A stretch of 64,000 nucleotides of DNA from Minisyncoccota bacterium (lineage in GTDB: Bacteria; Patescibacteriota; Minisyncoccia; Phycocordibacterales; UBA2100). The stretch is from contig DATJXE010000004.1 in assembly GCA_035500505.1 (NCBI GenBank), forward strand, positions 126,977 to 190,976. The letters are read 5' to 3'. The notes beneath the pieces are model-generated. The model was not told where the DNA came from, did not search any database, and saw only the letters and a list, made by a program, of their open reading frames with translations. Of this stretch, positions 19,257 through 27,721 are shown one piece after another. A program made the position numbers and the translations under genes. Positions within the stretch are counted from its first letter, which is position 1. Each line of letters starts with the position of its first letter.

Positions 19257-20264
19257 TCAGACTTGCACAACAATTTTCCCCACCGTGCCCCCCGACTTCA
19301 GTGCCTTGAGTGCTGTTGGCAGATTTTCGAACGTTTCTATTCTTGAGATGACAGGTTTGCCAATGTTGAGTTCGGCTATCTTTCCCATGTACTCGCGCAT
19401 CTTATCCGCCTCCTCGAATAAATAGATGAGGTTGAAGGACGACACCGAGATGTTGTTGAAGTGGAACACGTCGACGCGCGGGCGCGTGAGATATTTCCAT
19501 GCGACCGATAGATATGGAATCCGGTTCCCCCGGGGCATGTAGTGCGCGAAACCATAGACGGCCATGCGGCCGCGCTTGCCGAGCGCGCGCAGACTTTCGC
19601 GGAAAAAGCGCCCGCCCGTGCATTCCATGACGACGCTGAGCGTGCGCCCGTCGAGCGCATTCTGCAAGTCGCGGCGAAAGTTACGGCTTCGAACGATGAC
19701 CTTGTCGTATCCTTCCCGTTCGCAGAAATCCACCTTCGAAGCACTTCCGACGAGCCCGATGGTAAAACAGACGAACTTCTTCGCGATGCGATTTGCCATG
19801 ATACCGACGCCTCCCGCAGCGCTGTGAATGAGGACTGTTTCGCCTTTCTGCAAATGGCATTGGTCTACGAGGCCGTAGTAGGCGGTAAGTGCGGCGACCG
19901 GAAAAGCGGCGCCCTCTTCGAAGCTCCAGTTTTCCGGAAGCGCAACCGCCAAGCGCGCATCGACGTTGAGTGCTGTCGCGTAAGCCCCGAAACGGGTTAC
20001 TCCCATAACGCGGTCCCCTACCTTGATGTACTCTACATTCGGACCGACCTTCTCAACGACCCCCGCAAATTCAAGCCCTGGAATGAACCGCTTCCAACCA
20101 GCGGCTGTGTAGAGACCGACGACGGCGAACGCATCGGCAAAGTTGAGTCCGATGGCTTTGACGGCGACCTGTACTTCCCCCGGTTTCGGATCGCTTAGTT
20201 CCTCCTCCAGCATCCTGAGGTTCCGAATGTTGCCTGGTTTTGAGTAATATGCGCGCCTTCGCAT
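19257..20264 (-). CDS. MDR-family NADPH:quinone oxidoreductase / VAT-1-like
   Basis: GLNFAD, PGLEFAG, LTAYYGL, VLIHSAAGGVG, GKIVV. Confidence 0.92.
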   Translation of the reverse strand: MRRRAYYSKPGNIRNLRMLEEELSDPKPGEVQVAVKAIGLNFADAFAVVGLYTAAGWKRFIPGLEFAGVVEKVGPNVEYIKVGDRVMGVTRFGAYATALNVDARLAVALPENWSFEEGAAFPVAALTAYYGLVDQCHLQKGETVLIHSAAGGVGIMANRIAKKFVCFTIGLVGSASKVDFCEREGYDKVIVRSRNFRRDLQNALDGRTLSVVMECTGGRFFRESLRALGKRGRMAVYGFAHYMPRGNRIPYLSVAWKYLTRPRVDVFHFNNISVSSFNLIYLFEEADKMREYMGKIAELNIGKPVISRIETFENLPTALKALKSGGTVGKIVVQV

Positions 20265-20265
20265 A

Positions 20266-21159
20266 CTACCCGTCCAACAAACCGAGCCTATACACATCAA
20301 AGGAGTTCTCCCCTTCGAACATATCTGACGGATTCGGAAGGTAGAGCCGCGGGCGGGAAATTTCTTGCGTGGCATCGCGCAAGAGCCGGTGGAATAATTT
20401 GAACTCCTCGTCAATTTTGTTGAAATCGATGACGTAGCGCTTGAGCTGCGCGCTGCCGTCTTTGTTGCGGGATTTTTTGCACTCGTAGACGATGAACCGC
20501 CGCACCGGCTTTCCAAAATTCTCACGCACGACGTAGTAGTTGAAGAGCGCCTGCATGACGAAGAGCGTCTTCCCTGCCTTGTCCTTGCTGAAACTTTCGA
20601 CGAATTTATGGTCGATTATGTCGAGGCTCCCTGGTTCGACGCGGGATTCGACGACGAGATCGGAGACTGCCTTGATGGGAAGCGGCAGGCCCTCGACCTT
20701 CGCCATCGCAGAGAATTCTACACCGAGCACGTTGTGCTTGGGTGGTTTGGCAAGATAAAAATTGATGACTCGGAGGTAGTCGCTTTCCATTTTAGCTCGA
20801 AGTGCTTTCTGCGCCGCTTTCGACTTCGCCTTTCCGAAATTGATCTCGAAATCCGGGATCTTGCGGATGTATTCCAAACCGAGCTCTATCCCACCGTCTT
20901 TGGCTATGCCGCCATAAAAGTGCTGAAGTGCCAGGTGCGCGGCACTACCAACTATTGAGGACGGGTTCCTCGGCGTGTCGTATATCTTCTCGACATAGCG
21001 TTTGTACCACGCGAGCGGATTGCGCAGGAAAGCCATCAGAGATGAATGGCTCCAGTATTTGATGGGTAGCTTTTGCTTTTCGAGTGCCTGTTCCGCCTCT
21101 TTTTTCCATCTGTCGAGCGACGGTTTTGATATCGCCGTCTGTGGAGTTGCGCGCGCCAT
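20266..21159 (-). CDS. PD-(D/E)XK nuclease-family protein
   Basis: SHSSL..NP, GSAAHLAL, VE, SDLV, IIDHK, QALFNY. Confidence 0.85.
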   Translation of the reverse strand: MARATPQTAISKPSLDRWKKEAEQALEKQKLPIKYWSHSSLMAFLRNPLAWYKRYVEKIYDTPRNPSSIVGSAAHLALQHFYGGIAKDGGIELGLEYIRKIPDFEINFGKAKSKAAQKALRAKMESDYLRVINFYLAKPPKHNVLGVEFSAMAKVEGLPLPIKAVSDLVVESRVEPGSLDIIDHKFVESFSKDKAGKTLFVMQALFNYYVVRENFGKPVRRFIVYECKKSRNKDGSAQLKRYVIDFNKIDEEFKLFHRLLRDATQEISRPRLYLPNPSDMFEGENSFDVYRLGLLDG

Positions 21160-21216
21160 GAGTCGAGTATATCATCGTGCGAACGCGTTTTGGGAACGCG
21201 TTCTACGGAGGGAAAC

Positions 21217-21387
21217 TTGGATCGGAAAGGCAGCCTCTTTGGCTACGACCGCAACGAATACCGCACAGGGATCGAGATCGACCCCGAGGGCGTTTCCGAG
21301 CTGAAAAAACTCGGAAAGGACTTCGCGGTGGCCGTCGGCAAGCTCATTCGTGCGTGCGCGCACTTCGCGGCATTCATTCCGGTGTGA
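21217..21387 (+). CDS. Small hypothetical protein
   Basis: GGAGGG SD before TTG; hairpin 21409-21436 downstream. Confidence 0.4.
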   Translation: MDRKGSLFGYDRNEYRTGIEIDPEGVSELKKLGKDFAVAVGKLIRACAHFAAFIPV

Positions 21388-21567
21388 CCCATCACGCCGC
21401 AATCGTGTGGCCCCGCCCGAGTACCTGGGCGGGGCCGGATCTTTTCATGAGGCTATTCACAGAAAAGGCTTGACCTGAGCCACGATAGGGATAAAATCCT
21501 GCGAGCCGTTCCAGATAGTACGGATGCGTCGGCTGCAACTCTGACAATCAATCAATGGGGACTTGGA

Positions 21568-22155
21568 ATGAAGCCTGTCTTTCTTTCACTGGTCGGGCCG
21601 CAAGCAGGCACGACCCGCCTTTACGAAAAGCTCAAGTTCGCATGGCCCGCGACGTTTCCCGACCGGACATGCGAGTTCCTCGGGGATCCGCTCGCCGAAC
21701 ACTGGGAGAAGATGAAGATCGGAGACAAGCGCAAGCGCGACTTCCCTCCGATGGCTCGCTTGTGTTTCCGGTGGGGCTTCTTCTACGCGTACAACGAAAG
21801 GGTCGTGGGTCCCGCCTTCAAGCGGGGGGTCGACGTTATTCTCGTACGCCAGTTCGGCTTCGACGTCTATGCGGGGGCAGTGGTGCACAACGACTGTGAA
21901 CGGTCGTTGTCGCTCCACATGGCTCTCGTTCCGTTCGGTGTCTACGATCTTGAACTTTGCGCTCCTCTGTACGTGTTCACCGAAGAGCTCGACGACCGGA
22001 CGCGGCTCAATCACGACCGGTATTTCGCCCCGGGTAATGGCCAGCGTTCTTGCCGAATAAATCCCGCGCTTTCCGACAACGACAAGGTCGCAGCCCTGAC
22101 GGACATCGCAAGGGCGGAGCTTGCCCGTCGGGAAGAAACAGCGGTCGCTGCGTAA
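21568..22155 (+). CDS. Hypothetical protein, degenerate thymidylate-kinase-like fold
   Basis: VFLSLVGPQAGTTRL (P-loop position), PMARLCFRW, VVGPAFKRGVDVILVRQF resemble Tmk segments; own promoter and hairpin 22182-22209. Confidence 0.6.
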   Translation: MKPVFLSLVGPQAGTTRLYEKLKFAWPATFPDRTCEFLGDPLAEHWEKMKIGDKRKRDFPPMARLCFRWGFFYAYNERVVGPAFKRGVDVILVRQFGFDVYAGAVVHNDCERSLSLHMALVPFGVYDLELCAPLYVFTEELDDRTRLNHDRYFAPGNGQRSCRINPALSDNDKVAALTDIARAELARREETAVAA

Positions 22156-22224
22156 CTGTCCGCCTGCTCTGTCCACATACGATACGCGGGACCTCCGGGT
22201 CCCGCGTATTTCTTTTTCAGATCG

Positions 22225-23295
22225 TTATCGCGACAATTTCCCTTTTGAGATCACGTGGAGGGCTCTCGTGTTGAGGTCGACCGTGCCCGCAAGGATCTGG
22301 AGCTTCTTCATGATCTTCGGCACGCGCTCGCGCAACACGCGCTCGCTCTCGCGCGCGAGGAACAGCGTTTTCTCTATCGCAACGCCCTGGTCGGCGCCGA
22401 TGGTGCGGAACGGGGCGCACAGGAGCAACAGCGCTCCGTCTTTTTCGGGGATGCGCTTCGCTTTCATGTTCCCGAGAACGATGTTCCCCGCAACCGCGAT
22501 GGCGTCCTCCCAACGCGGGTCGTACGGCCCGATGATGAGCGCACGATTCGGCACGTGGAGCCAGTCGAATCCTCGCCCGACCGCGATGATCTGCTCTTTG
22601 TGTTCCAGGTCAACGACCGGTGGCTTTTTCGCGCGTACTTCGGCAACATACTTCTGGTTGCCTTGGATGAGCGGTAGGAGGTCTTCGATGATGCGGTCGG
22701 GCATTTCGGGGTACATGTGCCGCAATTGGGTGTGGATGTTTTCGGCGCTCGCATCAATGTGTTCGGCAACGTCGAACGTCTGTGCGCCTTCGCTGTGGAA
22801 GATGAGTCCCCCCTCATCCGTTTCTATGCCGACGACGAGCGGAAACACGGCGATGTGGTTCCCGCCAAAAGCGAATTTGAATTGGTCGCGCAGCTTTTTC
22901 GCGCCCTTTTTCGCGGCGTTGGTGTCATATCCGTATCCCGCGCAGCCGCGGTGTTTATCTCCCTTCGAGAAATGGTAGGTCGAGAGCACGATGGTCGGGC
23001 GACCTTTGGAAACGGCATATTCGATATCTTCGAGCATGAGCCGGCCGAAAAAGGGCCAACCGAGGTCGAATTTGCCGCCGATGTTGCGGTAAGGCTTGAT
23101 GATGCCCTGCGGGGTGTTGGTCGTGAGTGCGAGGTTGAGCCTTCCGTCCATGCATTTCAGCGCAAGGATCTCGCTCGGGTGCTGGGCACGATACAAGCGC
23201 CGCGCGAGCTGAGCGCCCGGCGTGCAGAATTCGGCGCTCTGCTTTTTGTTGCGCTCCAAAATAAATTGCGTCAAATTTTGCCTCTTTTGAGCCAT
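22225..23295 (-). CDS. Beta-class carbonic anhydrase, CsoSCA-like
   Basis: LKCMDGRL, RNIGGKFDLGWP, YHFSKGDKHRGCAG (Cys/His/Cys Zn ligands), GIETDE, HKEQIIAVGRGFD. Confidence 0.8.
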   Translation of the reverse strand: MAQKRQNLTQFILERNKKQSAEFCTPGAQLARRLYRAQHPSEILALKCMDGRLNLALTTNTPQGIIKPYRNIGGKFDLGWPFFGRLMLEDIEYAVSKGRPTIVLSTYHFSKGDKHRGCAGYGYDTNAAKKGAKKLRDQFKFAFGGNHIAVFPLVVGIETDEGGLIFHSEGAQTFDVAEHIDASAENIHTQLRHMYPEMPDRIIEDLLPLIQGNQKYVAEVRAKKPPVVDLEHKEQIIAVGRGFDWLHVPNRALIIGPYDPRWEDAIAVAGNIVLGNMKAKRIPEKDGALLLLCAPFRTIGADQGVAIEKTLFLARESERVLRERVPKIMKKLQILAGTVDLNTRALHVISKGKLSR

Positions 23296-23352
23296 GGTCC
23301 GCGATATCCTACTACACTGGAAAGCCCACGACAATATGGTATCCTCATCGGT

Positions 23353-23922
23353 ATGAAAACTTCTAACATCATTTGGGCGATTATCGTGGTCATCATTTTG
23401 GTCGGTGGCTGGTACATTTGGATGCAAAGTTCGGTGCCTGCACCGACTTCGAATACGAACGGTCCTTCGACCGCGCTCGGACTCAACGGCTCTCCCAACC
23501 AGGGCAACCTGGGCCAGCCCGACAACGGCCAGGTGCAGCAACCCTCCACTTCGACCTCCTCGACGGGCGATGGTTCCGCCATCAGCGACAACCTAACCCT
23601 CGGCGTCGACTCAAAAGCATCCGTCGGCACCTACCTCATCGCCTACAACGGCATGACGCTCTACACCTATTCGGGCGATTCTGCCGGAGTCTCCAACTGC
23701 ACCGGAAGCTGCGCCGTGAACTGGCCACCCTACACCGTGCCGGCCGGTATGCACCTCAACTTGCAGGCGGGCGTGACGGGAGCCGCGAGCACCATCACTC
23801 GCGCCGACGGCACCACCCAGGTGACCTACAAAGGCATGCCGCTCTACTTCTTCGTTGGTGACACAACCTCTGGCGCAGTGACCGGGGACGGTGAAGGAGG
23901 TTTTTCCGTAGCGAAACCCTAG
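23353..23922 (+). CDS. Membrane-anchored protein with Yx(FWY)xxD repeats (COG4315-like)
   Basis: GMTLYTYSGD..CTGSCAVNWPP..RADGTTQVTYKGMPLYFFVGD..GDG. Confidence 0.88.
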   Translation: MKTSNIIWAIIVVIILVGGWYIWMQSSVPAPTSNTNGPSTALGLNGSPNQGNLGQPDNGQVQQPSTSTSSTGDGSAISDNLTLGVDSKASVGTYLIAYNGMTLYTYSGDSAGVSNCTGSCAVNWPPYTVPAGMHLNLQAGVTGAASTITRADGTTQVTYKGMPLYFFVGDTTSGAVTGDGEGGFSVAKP

Positions 23923-24006
23923 TTTTTCGGGAATTCTCGACGAGTGCTCCCCTCGCTGGGGAGTAATGGAAAAGGCGTTCGAACGTCTTCATGAGGTTAG
24001 GAGCTA

Positions 24007-24333
24007 ATGCTTATATCTATGCTTTTTTCTTTCATCATCGGGATTATCCTCGGAGCGATCGCGGTCATATTTGCATTCCAGAATGTCGCGGTCGTGACGG
24101 TTAGTTTCTTCACGTGGCAACTCACCGGTTCTTTGGCGATCGTTATTCTCGGCACGCTTCTGTGCGGCATCGTGCTCACCCTCCTCTTTCTCCTGCCGAG
24201 CGTCATTCGCGATGAGTTCTACCTCGCGACCATCAAACGCCAAAAGCGCGAGGCCGAGGATGAACTCGCGCGCATCAAGAATTCTCCCGCTCCCGCGTCC
24301 GTTTCTTCGACCACGGCGGTTGTAACCCCCTAA
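24007..24333 (+). CDS. LapA/DUF1049-family membrane protein
   Basis: VIFAFQNVAVVTVSFFTWQ..SLAIV followed by coiled coil. Confidence 0.85.
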   Translation: MLISMLFSFIIGIILGAIAVIFAFQNVAVVTVSFFTWQLTGSLAIVILGTLLCGIVLTLLFLLPSVIRDEFYLATIKRQKREAEDELARIKNSPAPASVSSTTAVVTP

Positions 24334-24422
24334 GTTTGGACAACTCGGTCCGATAGGCGTAGGATTTCTACAGCGAATTCTGGCGGGAGAAAGTGCCCGT
24401 CGTCGTAGCAATGGGAATGCCC

Positions 24423-24851
24423 ATGTCGAATCCGATGAAGAGAGTCTATGTTCTTTTCGTGGGGATGAGCCTGCCTGCGTTCGGGAATGAAGACCGAAAA
24501 CTCCGCCAAGCGCTGCTTGCAGAAGACAAGTGCTGGGCGCTCGTCACAGTGCCTGGGATAACGGTGCAAGAGGCTGCGATTCGCGCCAGCACAAGCGCGA
24601 ACCTTGATATTGTATTCATCTCAAACCAGGTCGAGTATTCGATATATTCACTCGCCGAGGGCTGTAAGGAACTTGCCGAGAAGTTGGCAAAGCGATCAAG
24701 CCCGCCCTGGGTCTGCTTCGACAAGCGCTGGCTCTACTCTCTGGCAGCGAGCTTCCGGACCAACGGGCTTACCATCTGTGAAGGAAGACTTGAGGAAATT
24801 ATCCGGAGACGGTGGGAGCATCAACGTCGAAAGGTGCATCATGTCGGTTAG
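24423..24851 (+). CDS. Hypothetical protein, possible pseudo-receiver domain (array ORF 1)
   Basis: Alternating beta/alpha pattern VYVLFV..LDIVFIS..GCKELAEKL..PWVCF; promoter TGGACA-17-TAGGAT upstream; start codon uncertain. Confidence 0.6.
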   Translation: MSNPMKRVYVLFVGMSLPAFGNEDRKLRQALLAEDKCWALVTVPGITVQEAAIRASTSANLDIVFISNQVEYSIYSLAEGCKELAEKLAKRSSPPWVCFDKRWLYSLAASFRTNGLTICEGRLEEIIRRRWEHQRRKVHHVG

Positions 24852-24984
24852 AGACAGAATAAGAACGCTGCTCGATAATCGCCTCTTGAACCTCTTGGCC
24901 TGCGGCATCGGTCTCGCGGTCGCGATCGGAGCACTCGGGCTTCTTGGGGGCCAGCTGCGCTTGCCCACTTTCCCGTTCGGCTGA
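24841..24984 (+). CDS. Small 1-TM protein (array ORF 2)
   Basis: MSVRDRIR..LLACGIGLAVAIGALGLLGG; AAGGT upstream. Confidence 0.55.
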   Translation: MSVRDRIRTLLDNRLLNLLACGIGLAVAIGALGLLGGQLRLPTFPFG

Positions 24985-25006
24985 GCCGAACCCAGCATCA
25001 TCAATC

Positions 25007-25075
25007 CGGCCGGAGCCTCGCGCTCCGGCCGTTTGATTTTGGGAACTGCGAGGTATAGCATTCCAGGCAGGAGGT
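25007..25075 (+). promoter_or_regulatory. Repeated hairpin-promoter-SD module, copy 1
   Basis: cggccggagc/gctccggccg stem, TTGATT(25033)-17-TAGCAT(25056), AGGAGGT. Confidence 0.75.
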
Positions 25076-25081
25076 GCCGCC

Positions 25082-25276
25082 ATGAGCAAGAGTATTCTTG
25101 GGACGTTCTTCGCCCGCCTCACATCGCGAGAACCGCCGTTCTGCGTTGAATGTGGGAGCACCGACATGGAGCTCGTTGACAAGGTCCTTGTCTGCAAACT
25201 CTGCGCCAACAGGCAGGCCAACGCTGCGGCCGACCGCCGCATCCTGCCCGAACTCGACACGTTCTCCGGGCACTAA
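25082..25276 (+). CDS. Small zinc-ribbon protein (array ORF 3)
   Basis: CVEC..CKLC; strong SD. Confidence 0.7.
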   Translation: MSKSILGTFFARLTSREPPFCVECGSTDMELVDKVLVCKLCANRQANAAADRRILPELDTFSGH

Positions 25277-25287
25277 CGGAGGGGAAA

Positions 25288-25530
25288 ATGACACACTATG
25301 CTCCCGATCCGCACCACTCCTCGGCAACGGCAAGGGAGGTTGTCCGGGTCGTTCTCATCGCCTTCGCGGTCCTTTACATTTACATGGCGTTCAAGGGCCT
25401 GCCTCACTGGCCGGTCCTGGAAGAGAACGCGCTCACGCCTCGCGAACAGTATATCCTCGGAGGACTCGGCGTCGTCTGCGCCGCTCTGGCCGCCACCTGG
25501 TCCTGGATATGGCCGACCGGGGACGAGTGA
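25288..25530 (+). CDS. Small 2-TM protein (array ORF 4)
   Basis: GGAGGGG SD; two hydrophobic segments. Confidence 0.7.
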   Translation: MTHYAPDPHHSSATAREVVRVVLIAFAVLYIYMAFKGLPHWPVLEENALTPREQYILGGLGVVCAALAATWSWIWPTGDE

Positions 25531-25553
25531 GTAGTTCGTCTCCGAATGATACC

Positions 25554-25624
25554 GAACGGCCGGCAATTTGCTGGCCGTTTGATTTTGTGGGCCAGGAGGT
25601 ATAGCATCCCGACAGTTGGGAGGA
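25554..25624 (+). promoter_or_regulatory. Repeated hairpin-promoter-SD module, copy 2
   Basis: aacggccggcaa/ttgctggccgtt stem, TTGATT(25579)-17-TAGCAT(25602), GGGAGGA. Confidence 0.75.
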
Positions 25625-25630
25625 TCCGCC

Positions 25631-26098
25631 ATGAAACGCATCTTTCGAAGGGTGCTGCGCCCTTTGCGCATCCCCCTCAAACTGCTCAAACTTTTCGTCC
25701 TGCTAGTCGTCATGCCCCTATTGGGATCTGTCTGCTTCTACGCAAGATTCTTCAGCCACGAGAAACTGACTGACTACGGATACTGGTTCTTGCCCGGCGT
25801 CGTATTGGCTTGCATCGCTTTCCCTGTATGGTCCTGGTTCTTCGGGACGATGCGGAATGATCTGAAAATTATCGGCCGATTCCTGAACGAGAAGCCGAAC
25901 GGGAAGTATCCGGAGCGCTCGAACGGCATCGTCCTTGCAGGGCTCATCGTTTTTTCGTTTTTGTTCCTGGGTGGCGCCCTGGAATTGGTGAAGCACAATC
26001 CCGAAAAGATGTCGTACGTATTCGCAGCCATGCTCGTACTTGCCGGCGCCCTTCTCGTCCTGACATTTGCTCACGGACACCTGCGCGGCAAGCTCTAG
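25631..26098 (+). CDS. 4-TM membrane protein (array ORF 5)
   Basis: Four hydrophobic segments; SD. Confidence 0.75.
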   Translation: MKRIFRRVLRPLRIPLKLLKLFVLLVVMPLLGSVCFYARFFSHEKLTDYGYWFLPGVVLACIAFPVWSWFFGTMRNDLKIIGRFLNEKPNGKYPERSNGIVLAGLIVFSFLFLGGALELVKHNPEKMSYVFAAMLVLAGALLVLTFAHGHLRGKL

Positions 26099-26114
26099 CT
26101 TGCGATGACAGTCG

Positions 26115-26186
26115 AAACGGCCGGGTTCTCCCCCGGCCGTTTGATTTTGTGAAGAGAGCGTATAGGATGATTGCAGATTGAGAGGA
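26115..26186 (+). promoter_or_regulatory. Repeated hairpin-promoter-SD module, copy 3
   Basis: aaacggccggg/cccggccgttt stem, TTGATT(26141)-16-TAGGAT(26163), GAGGA. Confidence 0.75.
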
Positions 26187-26190
26187 CACA

Positions 26191-26574
26191 ATGACATCAG
26201 ACACAGACGACGCCCCCGACCTTGATTACTTCGCTTCGCTGGCAGTTGATCGTTTTTATAGGAACTGTTGGCGTATAACGAACAGCTTCTTCTACGGATT
26301 CGGCATCTACAGCGCGATAATCCTCTTGCTCGAGGTGCCGGGCGCTGGAACCACATGGTTTTGGCTGGGCGCCGGCCTTGCCGCGCTCCTCGATATACAA
26401 TGGTCGGTCTACGTTCACTTCTTCATTCGCCTGCAGCGCGGTACCTTCGGCATCAGACCGGACGAGGCGGATATGATCGGCCGTGCGATCGACAAGTGGC
26501 GTGACGAACGAGGATTGGAGAATCAACGCGAGGCCTATCGCCAAGAGTTATGGGAGATCTTTCGCCTCCAATGA
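26191..26574 (+). CDS. 2-TM membrane protein (array ORF 6)
   Basis: Two hydrophobic segments; SD. Confidence 0.7.
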   Translation: MTSDTDDAPDLDYFASLAVDRFYRNCWRITNSFFYGFGIYSAIILLLEVPGAGTTWFWLGAGLAALLDIQWSVYVHFFIRLQRGTFGIRPDEADMIGRAIDKWRDERGLENQREAYRQELWEIFRLQ

Positions 26575-26597
26575 ACGAAAGAACTTGGAGAATGTCC

Positions 26598-26744
26598 ATG
26601 AGCGATACGATGATGAGACTATTGTTCTACACTTCGCCCGCCCTTGTTGCACTGCCGCTCCTGATCGTCTGGGGCGTTCGTGCAGTCCGGGAATTCAAAC
26701 GAAGCTGGAACTGGTTCTGGTGCAAAAGAGAGGCGCGACAATGA
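26598..26744 (+). CDS. Small 1-TM protein (array ORF 7)
   Basis: GGAG SD; ATGA overlap with next ORF. Confidence 0.6.
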   Translation: MSDTMMRLLFYTSPALVALPLLIVWGVRAVREFKRSWNWFWCKREARQ

Positions 26745-26938
26745 TCAGCCGCCGCGGCGTGACGAAGGGTATCCTCATCGTATTGTTCGTCCTTATCGTG
26801 GCCTCTTGTATCGTGGGTGTCGTCGTACTCGATCCGTGGACGATGGACGTGAGGCCCCTGGAACCGGTCAGACTAATCTTCGGGCTAATGTTCTTCGGCC
26901 TCGGCTTAGGTGGCATCAAGTCGATATTCGAGGCCTGA
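26741..26938 (+). CDS. Small 2-TM protein (array ORF 8)
   Basis: GAGG SD, two hydrophobic segments. Confidence 0.65.
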   Translation: MISRRGVTKGILIVLFVLIVASCIVGVVVLDPWTMDVRPLEPVRLIFGLMFFGLGLGGIKSIFEA

Positions 26939-26954
26939 AAAGGCGGGCAACATG

Positions 26955-27039
26955 AAAACGGCCGAGACACCTCGGCCGTTTTGCTTGCCTCCCCGCCTCG
27001 GGTGGGAGGCTTGGACAATACAGAACCCTGATATAGCAT
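26955..27039 (+). promoter_or_regulatory. Repeated hairpin-promoter module, copy 4 (extra palindrome inside)
   Basis: aaaacggccgag/ctcggccgtttt stem, gcctccc..gggaggc palindrome, TGGACA-16-TAGCAT. Confidence 0.7.
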
Positions 27040-27109
27040 TCCTAGAGGAAATTTGAGCTTGAGCCCGAAACCTTGCGCGTTCTCGAAGTTGCCTGACAAG
27101 GGGAAAACC

Positions 27110-27379
27110 ATGGGAACAGTCGTTACGTTGCGGCAGGATCCGAATCGGCCCATCGAACAAAGGCTCTATGCGCGGTCGATGGTCGCGTGCACATTGAGAA
27201 CTTACGCTTTGAGCGAGGCCTACTTGCACGTCTTGGAATACCATCCCGAATCGCAGACGCTCCAGGATCGGTTTGCTCTTGCCGTCGAAATCGCCAAATG
27301 GGCATTGTTCAAAGCCGGAAAAAGCCTGATAGAAAATCCCCCGTTCATCGTGTCTGAATTGAGACCTCCGCCTTCGTGA
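27110..27379 (+). CDS. Hypothetical protein (array ORF 9)
   Basis: AAGGGG SD; 89 aa. Confidence 0.6.
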   Translation: MGTVVTLRQDPNRPIEQRLYARSMVACTLRTYALSEAYLHVLEYHPESQTLQDRFALAVEIAKWALFKAGKSLIENPPFIVSELRPPPS

Positions 27380-27397
27380 TGGATCAGGGAGACGAAA

Positions 27398-27721
27398 ATG
27401 GTCAATAAAGCATTGAGGAGCATGGTTGGCGTCGCCTTGGGAAGCCTGCGGGAACATTCCTTCGAGATCGGCGTAATCCTCGGAGCCCTGGCGTTCGGCA
27501 TGATGATACTCATCGTGCCGATCCTCCTGGTCGGCGAGCCGCTAACAGGTACACTGTCATTGCGCCAGGAGCTGGTCGGGATATTCAGCGCCATGGTAGG
27601 AACCATGACCGTAATCACGATCTCGCTGAGCATTCTTTGCTCCCGCCCTGATACGGGAAGCAACCCTCCACGCGGCCGGAAACCTCCTCCGGCCGTTTCG
27701 TTTTGCCTTCTGGAAGTTTAA
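27398..27721 (+). CDS. 2-TM membrane protein (array ORF 10)
   Basis: GGGAG SD; the 3' end reads through a fifth CGGCCG hairpin (27673-27695). Confidence 0.6.
   Translation: MVNKALRSMVGVALGSLREHSFEIGVILGALAFGMMILIVPILLVGEPLTGTLSLRQELVGIFSAMVGTMTVITISLSILCSRPDTGSNPPRGRKPPPAVSFCLLEV

Noticed and set aside
20266-21159. Cas4 call
   Set aside because: No Fe-S cysteines and no cas1/cas2 or array nearby.
25007-27695. Array spacers as canonical attC sites or CRISPR repeats
   Set aside because: Stems of ~28 nt are too short for attC, GTTTGAT does not fit GTTRRRY, no intI is present, and spacing is gene-sized.
24335-27721. Prophage remnant
   Set aside because: No integrase, structural, terminase or replication genes and no att duplication seen; a phage origin of single ORFs cannot be excluded.
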